DNA of 64,000 bases from an uncultured Actinomycetota bacterium (GCA_963810035.1 CAWEMA010000007.1:78317-142316), one strand, 5' to 3'. Shown: positions 27,917-37,327, counted from the stretch's first letter. The notes: generated by a model not told the origin, from the letters alone. Program-made: numbers and translations.

Positions 27917-28872
27917 TCCTGGTCCTGGTGGAGACCGACGAGAGCGGCGCCAGCGAGGTGTCGCGCGAGACCCTGACGTTCGCACGCGGGCTCGGCGGCG
28001 ACGTGCACGTGCTCGTGGTCGGTGACGGGCCGTCCGGCCTGGTCGACCAGCTCGGCGCGTACGGCGTCACCGCGGTGCACCACGCCGACGGCGACTCCTT
28101 CACGTCCTACGCCGCGGCCGCTTGGGCCGCCGCGGTCGTGGCAGCGGCGGGGGACGCGTCGGTGGTGATGGCGGCCGGCACCCCGCGCGGCAACGAGGTG
28201 CTCGCGCACGCCGCCTGCCGGCTCGGCGTCGCGATGGCCGCGAACGTCGTCGCCGTCGACTCCACCTCACCGCTCGTCGTGTCCCGCCAGGTGCTCGGCG
28301 GGGCGGCGATGGAGGAGATGCCGCTGGCCGACCCGGTCGCCGTGCTGACGGTCGCCGGGCACGCCTGCGACCCGGCGCCCACCGACGTGAGCACGTCTCC
28401 CGTCGTGCAGCCGCTCGACGTCGCGGTCTCCGAGAGCGACCTGCGGGCGCGCGTCGTACGCACCGAGCCGGGGGAGCCCGACGAGTCCGGCAGCCTCAAG
28501 TCGGCCAAGGTCGTGATCGGTGCGGGTCGTGGTGCCGGCAGCGCGGACGGGTTCAAGGACCTGCTCGAGCTGACCGACCTCCTCGACGCGTCGCTGGGCG
28601 TCTCCCGGGTGGTGACCAGCCTCGGCTGGCGCCCGCACCACGAGCAGGTCGGGCAGACCGGCAGCCGGGTGTCGCCGGACCTGTACGTCGCGTGCGGCAT
28701 CAGCGGCGCGATCCAGCACTGGGCCGGCATGGCGAGCTCGAAGACGATCCTGGCGATCAACACCGACCCGGACGCGCCGATGGTGACCAAGGCGCACTAC
28801 GCCGTGATCGGTGACCTGCACGAGATCGTCCCGGCCATCAACGACGAGCTGCGGCGGCGTCGCTCCGCCTGA
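27913..28872 (+). CDS. etfA: Electron transfer flavoprotein alpha subunit
   Basis: GAGRG, GVSR, QVGQTG, LYVACGISGAIQH, AINTDPDAP. Confidence 0.93.
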   Translation: MILVLVETDESGASEVSRETLTFARGLGGDVHVLVVGDGPSGLVDQLGAYGVTAVHHADGDSFTSYAAAAWAAAVVAAAGDASVVMAAGTPRGNEVLAHAACRLGVAMAANVVAVDSTSPLVVSRQVLGGAAMEEMPLADPVAVLTVAGHACDPAPTDVSTSPVVQPLDVAVSESDLRARVVRTEPGEPDESGSLKSAKVVIGAGRGAGSADGFKDLLELTDLLDASLGVSRVVTSLGWRPHHEQVGQTGSRVSPDLYVACGISGAIQHWAGMASSKTILAINTDPDAPMVTKAHYAVIGDLHEIVPAINDELRRRRSA

Positions 28873-28898
28873 CCCCGGCTGGTCGAGGTTTCCCGGCT

Positions 28899-28917
28899 GG
28901 TCGAGCCTGTCGAAACC
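28899..28917 (+). repeat. REP-like repeat, copy 1
   Basis: GGTCGAGCCTGTCGAAACC, preceded by CCCGGCT and a degenerate partial copy at 28874-28892. Confidence 0.75.
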
Positions 28918-28949
28918 ACGCCGGGCTCGCGACCCTGCAGACTGTCGTC

Positions 28950-29282
28950 GTGCTTCGTCGCCTGGACCTCCTGCCTCTGACGGCCTGCGTGCTCTCGCTC
29001 GCGGTCACCGTGCTGTACCTCCTGCTCGTCCATCTCGAGAACGGGCACGCGACGGTGTGGGCGGTGGTGATCCTGGTGCTGGCGGTGGTGGGCACGGCGT
29101 ACGCCACGGCCCGGCGCGCGCCGCTGCGTCGGGCCGTGCTGGTCGCCTGTGCGCTGGGGCTGGCCGCGCTCGGCTACCTGGCGATCCTCTCCATCGGGCT
29201 GCCGCTGCTGCTCGCCGCGGCGCTGTGCGTCGCCGCAGTCCTCCGCGGGCGCCCGGCGCGCGACTGGCGCGACACCGTCTGA
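28950..29282 (+). CDS. Small membrane protein (about 4 TM)
   Basis: Hydrophobic 110-aa ORF; CAGACT 6 nt before the GTG. Confidence 0.6.
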   Translation: MLRRLDLLPLTACVLSLAVTVLYLLLVHLENGHATVWAVVILVLAVVGTAYATARRAPLRRAVLVACALGLAALGYLAILSIGLPLLLAAALCVAAVLRGRPARDWRDTV

Positions 29283-29306
29283 CCCCGACCTGTCGAGACC
29301 CCGGCT

Positions 29307-29325
29307 GGTTGAGCCTGTCGAGACC
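29307..29325 (+). repeat. REP-like repeat, copy 2
   Basis: GGTTGAGCCTGTCGAGACC, preceded by CCCGGCT and a partial CCTGTCGAGACC at 29289-29300. Confidence 0.75.
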
Positions 29326-29332
29326 GTCCTAC

Positions 29333-29710
29333 CTACTCCTCGACGAACAGGCAGAACGGGTGACCGTCCGGGTCGAGCAGGACGCGTACGTCGTCCTGCG
29401 GCTGGTACTGCGCCAGCGTGGCGCCGGCATCCTGGGCATGAGCCCCAGCCTCGTCGAGGTGGGTGACCGCGATGTCGAGGTGCACCTGCATCTGCTGGTC
29501 AGTCGGGCCGGCCGGCCAGGTGGGAGGGGAGTGGTAGGCCTCCTCCTGGAACGACAGCCCCGGCCCGCCGCCAGGCGGCACGAGCCTCACCCAGGTGGGC
29601 CCGTCCTCGGCGCGCTCGTAGCCGAGCAGGCGCTCGTAGAACGACGCGAGCGCGCGCGGATCAGAGCATCCGAGCACGACTCCGGACAGGGTGAGGTTTG
29701 GCGCGGTCAT
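29333..29710 (-). CDS. VOC/glyoxalase family protein
   Basis: ALASFYERLLG, LSFQ, QVHLDIAV, VLLDPDGHPFCL. Confidence 0.88.
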   Translation of the reverse strand: MTAPNLTLSGVVLGCSDPRALASFYERLLGYERAEDGPTWVRLVPPGGGPGLSFQEEAYHSPPTWPAGPTDQQMQVHLDIAVTHLDEAGAHAQDAGATLAQYQPQDDVRVLLDPDGHPFCLFVEE

Positions 29711-29796
29711 GCCTCAACCCTGCCCGGTCCGGACAACCCGAGCGGCGGTGATCGGAATCGTCGGTCGCCGGCAATGCAGCCGCGGACACCGCAGTC

Positions 29797-29819
29797 TTGT
29801 CGGTGGTGCTGTCTAGAAT
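29797..29819 (+). promoter_or_regulatory. RecA-NDp-type (PafBC-activated) DNA-damage promoter
   Basis: TTGTCGGTG-GTGCTGTC-TAGAAT fits tTGTCRgtg-N8-TAnnnT; ATG follows 7 nt later. Confidence 0.8.
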
Positions 29820-29826
29820 CGAACAC

Positions 29827-31152
29827 ATGAGCGAATCGATCTTCCTCGTCGAGCGGCCCACCGCGGAGGTGGTGGCTACGTGGACGCGTGCGCTGGCCGG
29901 GCTCGAGGACGCGGTCGGCGATGCCGAACGCGTGGACCAGCTGCGGGCGTTGGAGGAGCTGAAGTCGGCGGCGGCTGCAGCGCAGGCCCGGGTCACGGTC
30001 GCGTTCGACCGGTCCCAACGGGCCGACCAGGAGGCGGCAGGGCTGCCGGCTCGCAGGGTCGGCGCCGGTGTGGCGGCACAGGTGGCCCTGGCCCGTCGGG
30101 ACAGCCCGGTGAAGGGGGCCCGGCACCTCGGCCTCGCGCACGCGCTGGTGGAGGAGATGCCGCACACCCTCGCCGCGCTCGAGGCCGGCCGGATCAGTGA
30201 GTGGCGGGCGACGTTGTTGGCCCGGGAGACCGCCTGTCTCTCGCGGGCGGACCGGGGGAGCGTGGACGCCGAGCTCGCCGCCCGTCTAGGTGGGCTGGCC
30301 TCGCTGGGCGACCGGTCCACCGTGGCGGAGGCGCGTCGGGTCGCCTACCGGCTCGACCCGCACGCGGTCACCGACCGAGCCCGCCGGGCCGAGACCGAGC
30401 GACGGGTGACGCTGAGACCGGCACCGGACACGATGACGCTGGTCACCGGGCTGCTGCCCGTGGCCCAGGGCGTCGCCGTGCATGCCGCGCTCACCCGGCA
30501 CGCGGACACCCTCCGCTCCGAGGGCGACAGCCGGACCCGTGGGCAGATCATGGCCGACACGCTCGTCGAGCGCGTCACCGGACAGAGCGCAGCTGCCGCC
30601 GTGCCGGTCGAGGTCAACGTCGTGATGACCGACCACACCCTGCTCGGCGACGATCCGGCCCCGGCGGAGCTCGAGGGCTACGGCCCGGTCCCGGCCCCGT
30701 TCGCGCGCGACTGGCTGCGAGACACCGAGGCGGACACCTGGCTGCGGCGGCTCTTCACCGCCCCGGGCACCGGGACCCTGGTCGCGATGGACTCGACCCG
30801 GCGGTTGTTCACCGGCAAGCTGCGTCGCTTCCTCGTCGTCCGCGACCGGATCTGCCGCACCCCCTGGTGCGGCGCCCCGATCCGTCACCTGGACCACGTC
30901 TCACCCAGCACCTCCGGCGGACGGACCACGTCGGCGAACGGGCAGGGGCTCTGCGAGGCGTGCAACCACGCCAAGGAGGCGCCGGGCTGGCAGGCCCGGG
31001 CGTCCAGGGACGACGGCACCGTCGAGACCTGGACACCGACCGGGCACCGCCACCTGAGCCGTCCACCGGCGCTGCCGGGCACCTCGCCACCTGTCCTGCG
31101 ACCACGGACCCGGGTCGAGGTCGGCTTCCACCGCCTCGTCCTCGCTGCCTGA
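29827..31152 (+). CDS. DUF222 (REP13E12-like) protein with C-terminal HNH endonuclease domain
   Basis: LVEEMPHTLAALEAGRISEWRA, ERRVTLRPAPDTM, RTRGQIMADTL; HNH region RDRICRTPWC...LDHV...NGQGLCEACNHAKE. Confidence 0.88.
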   Translation: MSESIFLVERPTAEVVATWTRALAGLEDAVGDAERVDQLRALEELKSAAAAAQARVTVAFDRSQRADQEAAGLPARRVGAGVAAQVALARRDSPVKGARHLGLAHALVEEMPHTLAALEAGRISEWRATLLARETACLSRADRGSVDAELAARLGGLASLGDRSTVAEARRVAYRLDPHAVTDRARRAETERRVTLRPAPDTMTLVTGLLPVAQGVAVHAALTRHADTLRSEGDSRTRGQIMADTLVERVTGQSAAAAVPVEVNVVMTDHTLLGDDPAPAELEGYGPVPAPFARDWLRDTEADTWLRRLFTAPGTGTLVAMDSTRRLFTGKLRRFLVVRDRICRTPWCGAPIRHLDHVSPSTSGGRTTSANGQGLCEACNHAKEAPGWQARASRDDGTVETWTPTGHRHLSRPPALPGTSPPVLRPRTRVEVGFHRLVLAA

Positions 31153-31179
31153 AGCGGCCGCCCTCACGAGGGGTCGCGC

Positions 31180-31686
31180 CTAGGTCGGCCCGCCCTCGCG
31201 CAACGCCGGCTCCGGCGCGTCGTACGGGCGGTCCCAGGCGATCCGCGGCCGACGGTAGCGGTAGGACCAGGGCATCTGGCCGTGGGCGTCCTCGACCCAG
31301 CCGGCCTGCTCGAGCCGTCGGCGGAGGTCGTCCAGGACGGCGGTCATGCCCGGGGTCCATGCCTCCTGCGGGGGTACGTCGTCCGGGACCGAGCGCAGCC
31401 GAGGGAAGGGTGCACTGGCGAGCCGGTACGTCGGCCACCGCTGGTCGTCGCTCGTGGCAACCGCCACGAACCGCGCGTAGGCGTTGCCGTTCTGTGAGGC
31501 AAGGGTGCACAGCAGGCTGTGCCACCACGAGGTCCCGGCGACGTCCTCCAGCACGATCTCGAGGCGGTCGGCTCCCTCGGTGACGGGGTACCAGCGCCGC
31601 GTCGAGTCCTCGAACCACACGGTGTGCCCGGGCAGGTAGTAGCCGCGTCGCTGCGGCGGCCGCGGGGCCAGGCTGCGGGTCTGCAT
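31180..31686 (-). CDS. Hypothetical protein (168 aa, Trp-rich)
   Basis: RBS-like GGGGAC before the ATG; fills the gap between the HNH gene and REP copy 3; no family recognised. Confidence 0.55.
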   Translation of the reverse strand: MQTRSLAPRPPQRRGYYLPGHTVWFEDSTRRWYPVTEGADRLEIVLEDVAGTSWWHSLLCTLASQNGNAYARFVAVATSDDQRWPTYRLASAPFPRLRSVPDDVPPQEAWTPGMTAVLDDLRRRLEQAGWVEDAHGQMPWSYRYRRPRIAWDRPYDAPEPALREGGPT

Positions 31687-31752
31687 GTCCCCAGGCTGGC
31701 CGCCCGAAGCACCGGGCGGCAGGGCCCAACGACCCGTCGGACCAGGACCAGT

Positions 31753-31771
31753 GGTCTCGACAGGCTCGACC
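31753..31771 (-). repeat. REP-like repeat, copy 3 (inverted)
   Basis: GGTCTCGACAGGCTCGACC, the reverse complement of GGTCGAGCCTGTCGAGACC. Confidence 0.78.
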
Positions 31772-31781
31772 GCCGGAGCGG

Positions 31782-32276
31782 TCAGCCGGCGCGGCCGATC
31801 GGCGCCACCGTCGCGTCGGTGACGCGGACCAGGTCGGCGGGGGAGAGGCCGAGGTCGAGGCCTCGCCGGCCACCGGAGACGTAGACCGTGTCGTGGCCCA
31901 GCGCGGACTCGTCCAGCACGGTCCGGTGCGGCTTGCGCTGGCCGATCGGGGAGATGCCGCCCACGACGTACCCGGTCGCCCGCTCCGCGTCGGCGGGGTC
32001 GGCCATCGTGGCCTTCTTCCCGCCGACCGCCGCGGCCAGGGCCTTCAGGTCCAGCTGCCCGGACACCGGCACGATCCCGACGACCAGCCGGCCGTCGACC
32101 ACCGTGAACAGGGTCTTGAACACGCGTTCCGGGTCCAGCCCGAGCACCTCCGCGGCCTCGAGGCCGTACGACGCGGCGCCCACGTCGTGCTCGTAGGGGT
32201 GCTCGCTGAACGCGACCCCGGCCCGGGTGAGTGCGACGGTGGCCGGCGTACCGCCGCCCTTCTTCTTCGACGCCAT
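31782..32276 (-). CDS. ybaK: Cys-tRNA(Pro) deacylase
   Basis: YGLEAA, VFKTL, LDLKALA, TGYVVGGISPIGQ, SGGRRGLD. Confidence 0.92.
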   Translation of the reverse strand: MASKKKGGGTPATVALTRAGVAFSEHPYEHDVGAASYGLEAAEVLGLDPERVFKTLFTVVDGRLVVGIVPVSGQLDLKALAAAVGGKKATMADPADAERATGYVVGGISPIGQRKPHRTVLDESALGHDTVYVSGGRRGLDLGLSPADLVRVTDATVAPIGRAG

Positions 32277-32280
32277 CGGC

Positions 32281-32934
32281 TCAGAGCTCGATCCGTCGGA
32301 AGTCGAGCAGGGTGCGCCACCGCTCGTCGCCGACGGTCCAGGACCAGACCAGGTCCTCGACGAGCGACGCGTCGGTGGACGCGGCGGCGAAGTGCCGGTC
32401 CGGCCCGCCGTCGCGGTGCTCCACGGCGAACGTGTGACCTTCGAGGTAGACCTGCACGTAGGTCTGGTCGGCGCGCTCGACGGTGAACCAGTGGTAGCGG
32501 CCGCCGAGCAGGTGCGAGACCACGTCGTGCAGCAGCGTGCGGGTGAGGTAGGGCAGCCGCGGTCCGGCCTCCGTGGTGAGGACGACGTCGCGGGCCCCGC
32601 GCGGGTCGTAGAGCGCGGTGAGCTGCACGTCGTACACGGCCAGACCCTGCTGACGGGCCAGCCCTGCGACCGTCGACAGGTTGCCCATCGGGTCGTCCCA
32701 CGAGGTGCAGACGTACGCCGCGCCGTCGTGACCCTCTGCCCGCACGGCGAGGAACTCGGCACGGGGCCCGGCGCCGGAGGCTGTCGGCGAGGCGGCGTTC
32801 AGAGCGTCCAGGAACCGCGCCATCGGCCCGTCGGGGGTGAGCGGGCCCCGGTCGCGCGCGGTCTCGTAGACCGTCCTGGCCTCCTCGACACCGTCGGCCA
32901 CCTCCGCAGGGAACACGAAGAAGTCGTAGCTCAT
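32281..32934 (-). CDS. Hypothetical two-domain protein
   Basis: 217-aa ORF packed between LON-N (0-nt gap) and ybaK (4-nt gap). Confidence 0.7.
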   Translation of the reverse strand: MSYDFFVFPAEVADGVEEARTVYETARDRGPLTPDGPMARFLDALNAASPTASGAGPRAEFLAVRAEGHDGAAYVCTSWDDPMGNLSTVAGLARQQGLAVYDVQLTALYDPRGARDVVLTTEAGPRLPYLTRTLLHDVVSHLLGGRYHWFTVERADQTYVQVYLEGHTFAVEHRDGGPDRHFAAASTDASLVEDLVWSWTVGDERWRTLLDFRRIEL

Positions 32935-33609
32935 CTAGTTCGGTGACCAGCTGGTCCGCGCCACCTCGGTGGCAGGCAGGGACGGGATGGCCCGCATGGC
33001 GCGCATCTCCTCGTGCAGCGCGTACCGCAGCATGAGGAGCCGCTCGAGCGAGGTGTCCGCCTCGAGCATGGCCTGGCGCTCGGCCAGCGTGAGCAGACAG
33101 GTGGCGGCGAGGCTGTAGGAGAGGAACTCCGGGTCGCGGGGCAGGTCTCCGTCGAGCACGTCGCCCCCGCGCATCTCGGAGAGTCGGCGGCGGTACTCCT
33201 CGAACGTCGCGTAGGTGCGCGCCGCCTCGTGAGCGGCGTCACTGCCCTTGGCGGTGCGTTCGGTCAGGGTCTCGACGTCGCCCACCAGGAACTGCCCGGA
33301 GGTGTCCAGGCCGTCGAGCCGCATCCGCTGGCGGCCGACGACCTCGATGTCGAATCGGCCGTCCTCGTAGGGCTCCACCGACGTCATCTGCACCACGCAG
33401 CCGACCCGGTGCACCGAGTGCACGCCGTGCTGGCCGACCTCGTAGCCCTCCCGGATCGCGACGATGCCGAACAGCCGCAGCGACTTGTCGGAGATCGTCA
33501 GCAGGTGGTGGACGAGTGCGCGGTAGCGGTCCTCGAACACGTGCAGCGGCACGCTGACACCCGGGAACATCACGGTGTTCAACGGGAAGATGGGCAGCTG
33601 CTCGCGCAC
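32935..33609 (-). CDS. LON peptidase substrate-binding (N-terminal) domain protein
   Basis: LPIFPLNTVMFPG, LHVFEDRYRAL, DGRFDIEVVG; TAGGTT 7 nt before GTG 33609. Confidence 0.88.
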   Translation of the reverse strand: MREQLPIFPLNTVMFPGVSVPLHVFEDRYRALVHHLLTISDKSLRLFGIVAIREGYEVGQHGVHSVHRVGCVVQMTSVEPYEDGRFDIEVVGRQRMRLDGLDTSGQFLVGDVETLTERTAKGSDAAHEAARTYATFEEYRRRLSEMRGGDVLDGDLPRDPEFLSYSLAATCLLTLAERQAMLEADTSLERLLMLRYALHEEMRAMRAIPSLPATEVARTSWSPN

Positions 33610-33703
33610 GCTGACCAACCTACCGACCTGGCCGCGGTCCTGCCCGCAACCACAGCGCGAACCACCGCCCGGGCCCCGGACCCGTCCCACCTAGACTGGG
33701 GGC

Positions 33704-35005
33704 ATGATCCGCCGCATCGACCTCAGGGGCCAGAGCGCTCCTGACTACCGCGCCGTGGTCCCGCGCGCAGAGTTCGACGTCGAGGCCGCCCTCGATGTCG
33801 TGCGCCCGATCTGTGACGCGGTCCGCCATCGCGGGGTCGAGGCGATCACGGAGTACTCCGCGAAGTTCGACAAGGTCGAGCAGGTCGACATCGCCGTACC
33901 CGTCGAGGCTCTCCAGCAGGCGCTCGACGAGCTCGACCCGGCCATCCGCGCCGGACTCGAGGAGTCGATCCAGCGGCTGCGCGTCACCTGCGAGGCCGAG
34001 CTCGAGCAGGACGTCACCACGCAGGTCGTGCCCGGAGGCACGGTCAGCCAGATGATGGTGCCGATCCAGCGGGTCGGGCTCTACGTCCCCGGCGGCATCG
34101 CGCCGCTGGTGTCGAGCGTGGTGATGAACGTCGTGCCCGCACAGGTCGCCGGCGTCGAGTCGATCGCGCTGACGTCCTCGCCGCAGCGGGACAACGGTGG
34201 CCTGCCGCACCCGACGATCCTGGCAGCCTGCGCGCTGCTCGGCATCGACGAGGTGTACGCCGTGGGCGGGGCCCAGGCGATCGCGATGTTCGCCTACGGC
34301 GCCGGCCCGTGCCGCAAGGTCGACCTGGTCACCGGACCCGGGAACATCTACACCGTCTCCGCCAAGCGGCTGCTCAAGGGCACCGTCGGCATCGACTCCG
34401 AGGCCGGCCCGACCGAGATCGCGATCCTCGCCGACGAGACCGCGGACGCCGCCTACGTGGCCGCGGACCTGCTCAGCCAGGCCGAGCACGACCCGATGGC
34501 CGCCGCTGTCCTGGTCACCCCGTCCACGACGCTCGCCGACGAGGTCGAGGCCGAGCTCGACAAGCAGGTCTCGGTCACCCGGCACGTCGAGCGGATCCGC
34601 ACCTCGCTGTCGGGGGTGCAGTCCGGCATCGTGCTGGTCGACGACCTCGAGCAGGGCCTGGCCGTCGTGGACGCCTACGCCGCCGAGCACCTGGAGATCC
34701 AGACCCGCGACGCGGCCACGCTGGCCCGGCGGGTGCGCAACGCCGGGGCGATCTTCGTCGGCGCGTTCGCGCCGGTCTCCCTCGGTGACTACTGCGCCGG
34801 GTCCAACCACGTGCTGCCCACCGCCGGGTGCGCGTGCCACAGCTCGGGGCTGTCGGTGCGGTCGTTCCGCAAGGCGCTGCACGTCATCGAGTACGACGAG
34901 CAGGCGCTGCGCGACGTTGCCCCGCACGTCGTCACGCTCGCCGAGGCCGAGGACCTCCCGGGCCACGGGGCCGCGGTGAACGTCCGCGTGCAGCGGGGAA
35001 GCTGA
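33704..35005 (+). CDS. hisD: Histidinol dehydrogenase
   Basis: [48 protein letters not shown]. Confidence 0.97.
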   Translation: MIRRIDLRGQSAPDYRAVVPRAEFDVEAALDVVRPICDAVRHRGVEAITEYSAKFDKVEQVDIAVPVEALQQALDELDPAIRAGLEESIQRLRVTCEAELEQDVTTQVVPGGTVSQMMVPIQRVGLYVPGGIAPLVSSVVMNVVPAQVAGVESIALTSSPQRDNGGLPHPTILAACALLGIDEVYAVGGAQAIAMFAYGAGPCRKVDLVTGPGNIYTVSAKRLLKGTVGIDSEAGPTEIAILADETADAAYVAADLLSQAEHDPMAAAVLVTPSTTLADEVEAELDKQVSVTRHVERIRTSLSGVQSGIVLVDDLEQGLAVVDAYAAEHLEIQTRDAATLARRVRNAGAIFVGAFAPVSLGDYCAGSNHVLPTAGCACHSSGLSVRSFRKALHVIEYDEQALRDVAPHVVTLAEAEDLPGHGAAVNVRVQRGS

Positions 35006-36081
35006 TGCCGCTTCCTCTGCGTGAGGAGCTGCGGGGGATCGAGCCGTACGGCGCACCGCAGCTCGACGTACCCGTCCAGCTCAACGTCAACGAGAACCCG
35101 TACCCGCCGAGCGAGGCGGTCGTCGCCGACGTCGCGGCGGCCGTCGCGGACGCGACCCGGACGCTGAACCGCTACCCGGACCGGGAGTTCACCGCGCTGC
35201 GCGAGGACCTCGCGGCCTACCTCGGGCACGGCGTCACGCCCGACCAGGTGTGGGCCGCGAACGGCTCCAACGAGGTGATGCTGCAGATCCTGCAGGCCTT
35301 CGGCGGTCCCGGCCGCACGGCGGTGTCGTTCGCGCCGACCTACTCGATGTATCCCGAGTACGCCCGCGACGCGATGACCGACTGGGTGGTGGGCCACCGC
35401 GAGGAGGACTTCTCCCTCGACGTCGACCACGCGGTCGCGGTGATCGAGAAGCACCGGCCGACCGTCGTGCTGCTGCCCTCGCCGAACAACCCGACCGGCA
35501 CCGCGCTGCCGCCCGAGACCGTCACGGCGGTGTGCGCGGCGGCGCCCGGGGTGGTGGTGATCGACGAGGCCTACGGCGAGTTCCGCCGCGCGGGCACGCC
35601 GAGCGCGCTCGAGGTGCTCCCGTCGACGCCCAACCTGATCGTCAGCCGGACCATGAGCAAGGCGTTCGCGCTGGCCGGGGCCCGACTGGGCTACCTGGCC
35701 GCGTCGAAGGAGATCACCGACGCGATCCGGGTCGTCCGGCTGCCCTACCACCTGTCGTCGGTCACGCAGGCGGTCGCGCGGGTCGCGCTGCGGCACGCCG
35801 ACGAGCTGCTGGCCCGCGTCGACGACCTGCGGGTGGAGCGGGACCGGACCGTGGCCTGGCTGCGGGAGCAGGGGCTGACGGTGGCCGAGAGCGACGCCAA
35901 CTACGCGCTGTTCGGCAGGTTCGCGGACCGGCACGCCGTCTGGCAGGGTCTACTGGACCGGGGGGTCCTGATCCGCGAGACCGGGCCGGACGGCTGGCTG
36001 CGGGTGTCGGTGGGCACCCCCGAGGAGATGACCGCGTTCAAGGCGGCCCTGGAAGAAACGCTGAGAGAGGTGCTCGGATGA
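35005..36081 (+). CDS. hisC: Histidinol-phosphate aminotransferase
   Basis: [46 protein letters not shown]. Confidence 0.96.
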   Translation: MPLPLREELRGIEPYGAPQLDVPVQLNVNENPYPPSEAVVADVAAAVADATRTLNRYPDREFTALREDLAAYLGHGVTPDQVWAANGSNEVMLQILQAFGGPGRTAVSFAPTYSMYPEYARDAMTDWVVGHREEDFSLDVDHAVAVIEKHRPTVVLLPSPNNPTGTALPPETVTAVCAAAPGVVVIDEAYGEFRRAGTPSALEVLPSTPNLIVSRTMSKAFALAGARLGYLAASKEITDAIRVVRLPYHLSSVTQAVARVALRHADELLARVDDLRVERDRTVAWLREQGLTVAESDANYALFGRFADRHAVWQGLLDRGVLIRETGPDGWLRVSVGTPEEMTAFKAALEETLREVLG

Positions 36082-36689
36082 GCAGGCTGGAGAACCGAAG
36101 GGCACGCGTCGAGCGGGCAACGAAGGAGTCGAAGGTGCTCGTCGAGGTCGACCTCGACGGCAGCGGACGCAACGACGTGTCGACCGGTGTCGGGTTCTAC
36201 GACCACATGCTCAGCAGCTTCGCGCGGCACTCCCTGGTCGACCTGACCGTGCAGACCGAGGGCGACACCCACATCGACGCGCACCACACCGTCGAGGACA
36301 CCGCCATCGCCCTCGGGGACGCGCTGCGCGAGGCGCTCGGCGACAAGCGCGGCATCCGGCGCTTCGGCGACTCGCTGGTGCCGCTCGACGAGGCGCTCGT
36401 CCAGTGCGCCGTCGACGTGTCCGGTCGCCCCTACTGCGTGCACACCGGCGAGCCGGACGCCCAGGCGTTCGTGACGATCGGCGACGCCTACCTCGGCTCG
36501 CTGACCCGGCACGTCTTCGAGACGCTGGCCTTCCACGCGCAGATCGCGCTGCACGTGCGGGTGCTCTCCGGGCGCGACCCGCACCACCTGGTCGAGGCAC
36601 AGTTCAAGTCGGTCGCCCGCGCCTTCCGCGACGCCGTCGCGTTCGACCCGCGGGAGACCGGGGTCCCCAGCACCAAGGGCTCGCTTTGA
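36078..36689 (+). CDS. hisB: Imidazoleglycerol-phosphate dehydratase
   Basis: [36 protein letters not shown]. Confidence 0.97.
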   Translation: MSRLENRRARVERATKESKVLVEVDLDGSGRNDVSTGVGFYDHMLSSFARHSLVDLTVQTEGDTHIDAHHTVEDTAIALGDALREALGDKRGIRRFGDSLVPLDEALVQCAVDVSGRPYCVHTGEPDAQAFVTIGDAYLGSLTRHVFETLAFHAQIALHVRVLSGRDPHHLVEAQFKSVARAFRDAVAFDPRETGVPSTKGSL

Positions 36690-37327
36690 CGCAGGACCCG
36701 CCCGACGTGGTGGTCTTCGACTACGGCTCGGGCAACACCCGCTCGGCGGTGCGCGCCCTCGAACGCGCCGGCGCCTCCGTCACGCTGACCGCCGACCGCG
36801 CCGCCGCGATGGACTGCGACGGTCTCGTCGTCCCCGGCGTCGGGGCGTTCCGTGCCTGCGTGGACGGGCTCCGTGCCGCGAAGGGCCACGAGATCATCGG
36901 CCGCCGCCTGGCCGGGGGACGTCCGGTGCTCGGGATCTGCGTGGGCATGCAGGTGCTGTTCGAGCACGGCGTGGAGCACGGCGTCGACACCCCGGGGCTC
37001 GACGAGTGGCCGGGTGTGGTCGAACGGCTGCAGGCGCCCGTCGTACCCCACATGGGCTGGAACACCGTCGAGGTGCCGGCGGGCAGTCGGCTCTTCGACG
37101 GCGTGGCGGGGGAGCGGTTCTACTTCGTGCACTCCTACGGCGTGCGCGAGTGGACCCTGCGCACCAACGACCGGACCCGGGCGCCGCTGGTGACGTGGGC
37201 GTCGCACGGCGGGGACCGGTTCGTCGCGGCCGTCGAGAACGGTCCGCTCTGCGCGACCCAGTTCCATCCGGAGAAGTCCGGCGACGCCGGTGCCGCGCTG
37301 CTGCGCAACTGGGTGCAGTCCTTGTGA
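36686..37327 (+). CDS. hisH: IGP synthase glutamine amidotransferase subunit
   Basis: [39 protein letters not shown]; TTG start overlaps the hisB stop. Confidence 0.95.
   Translation: MTQDPPDVVVFDYGSGNTRSAVRALERAGASVTLTADRAAAMDCDGLVVPGVGAFRACVDGLRAAKGHEIIGRRLAGGRPVLGICVGMQVLFEHGVEHGVDTPGLDEWPGVVERLQAPVVPHMGWNTVEVPAGSRLFDGVAGERFYFVHSYGVREWTLRTNDRTRAPLVTWASHGGDRFVAAVENGPLCATQFHPEKSGDAGAALLRNWVQSL

Noticed and set aside
7056-28917. C1 island as an active mobile element
   Set aside because: No integrase, transposase, att repeats or obvious compositional shift; it looks like an old, ameliorated accessory region.
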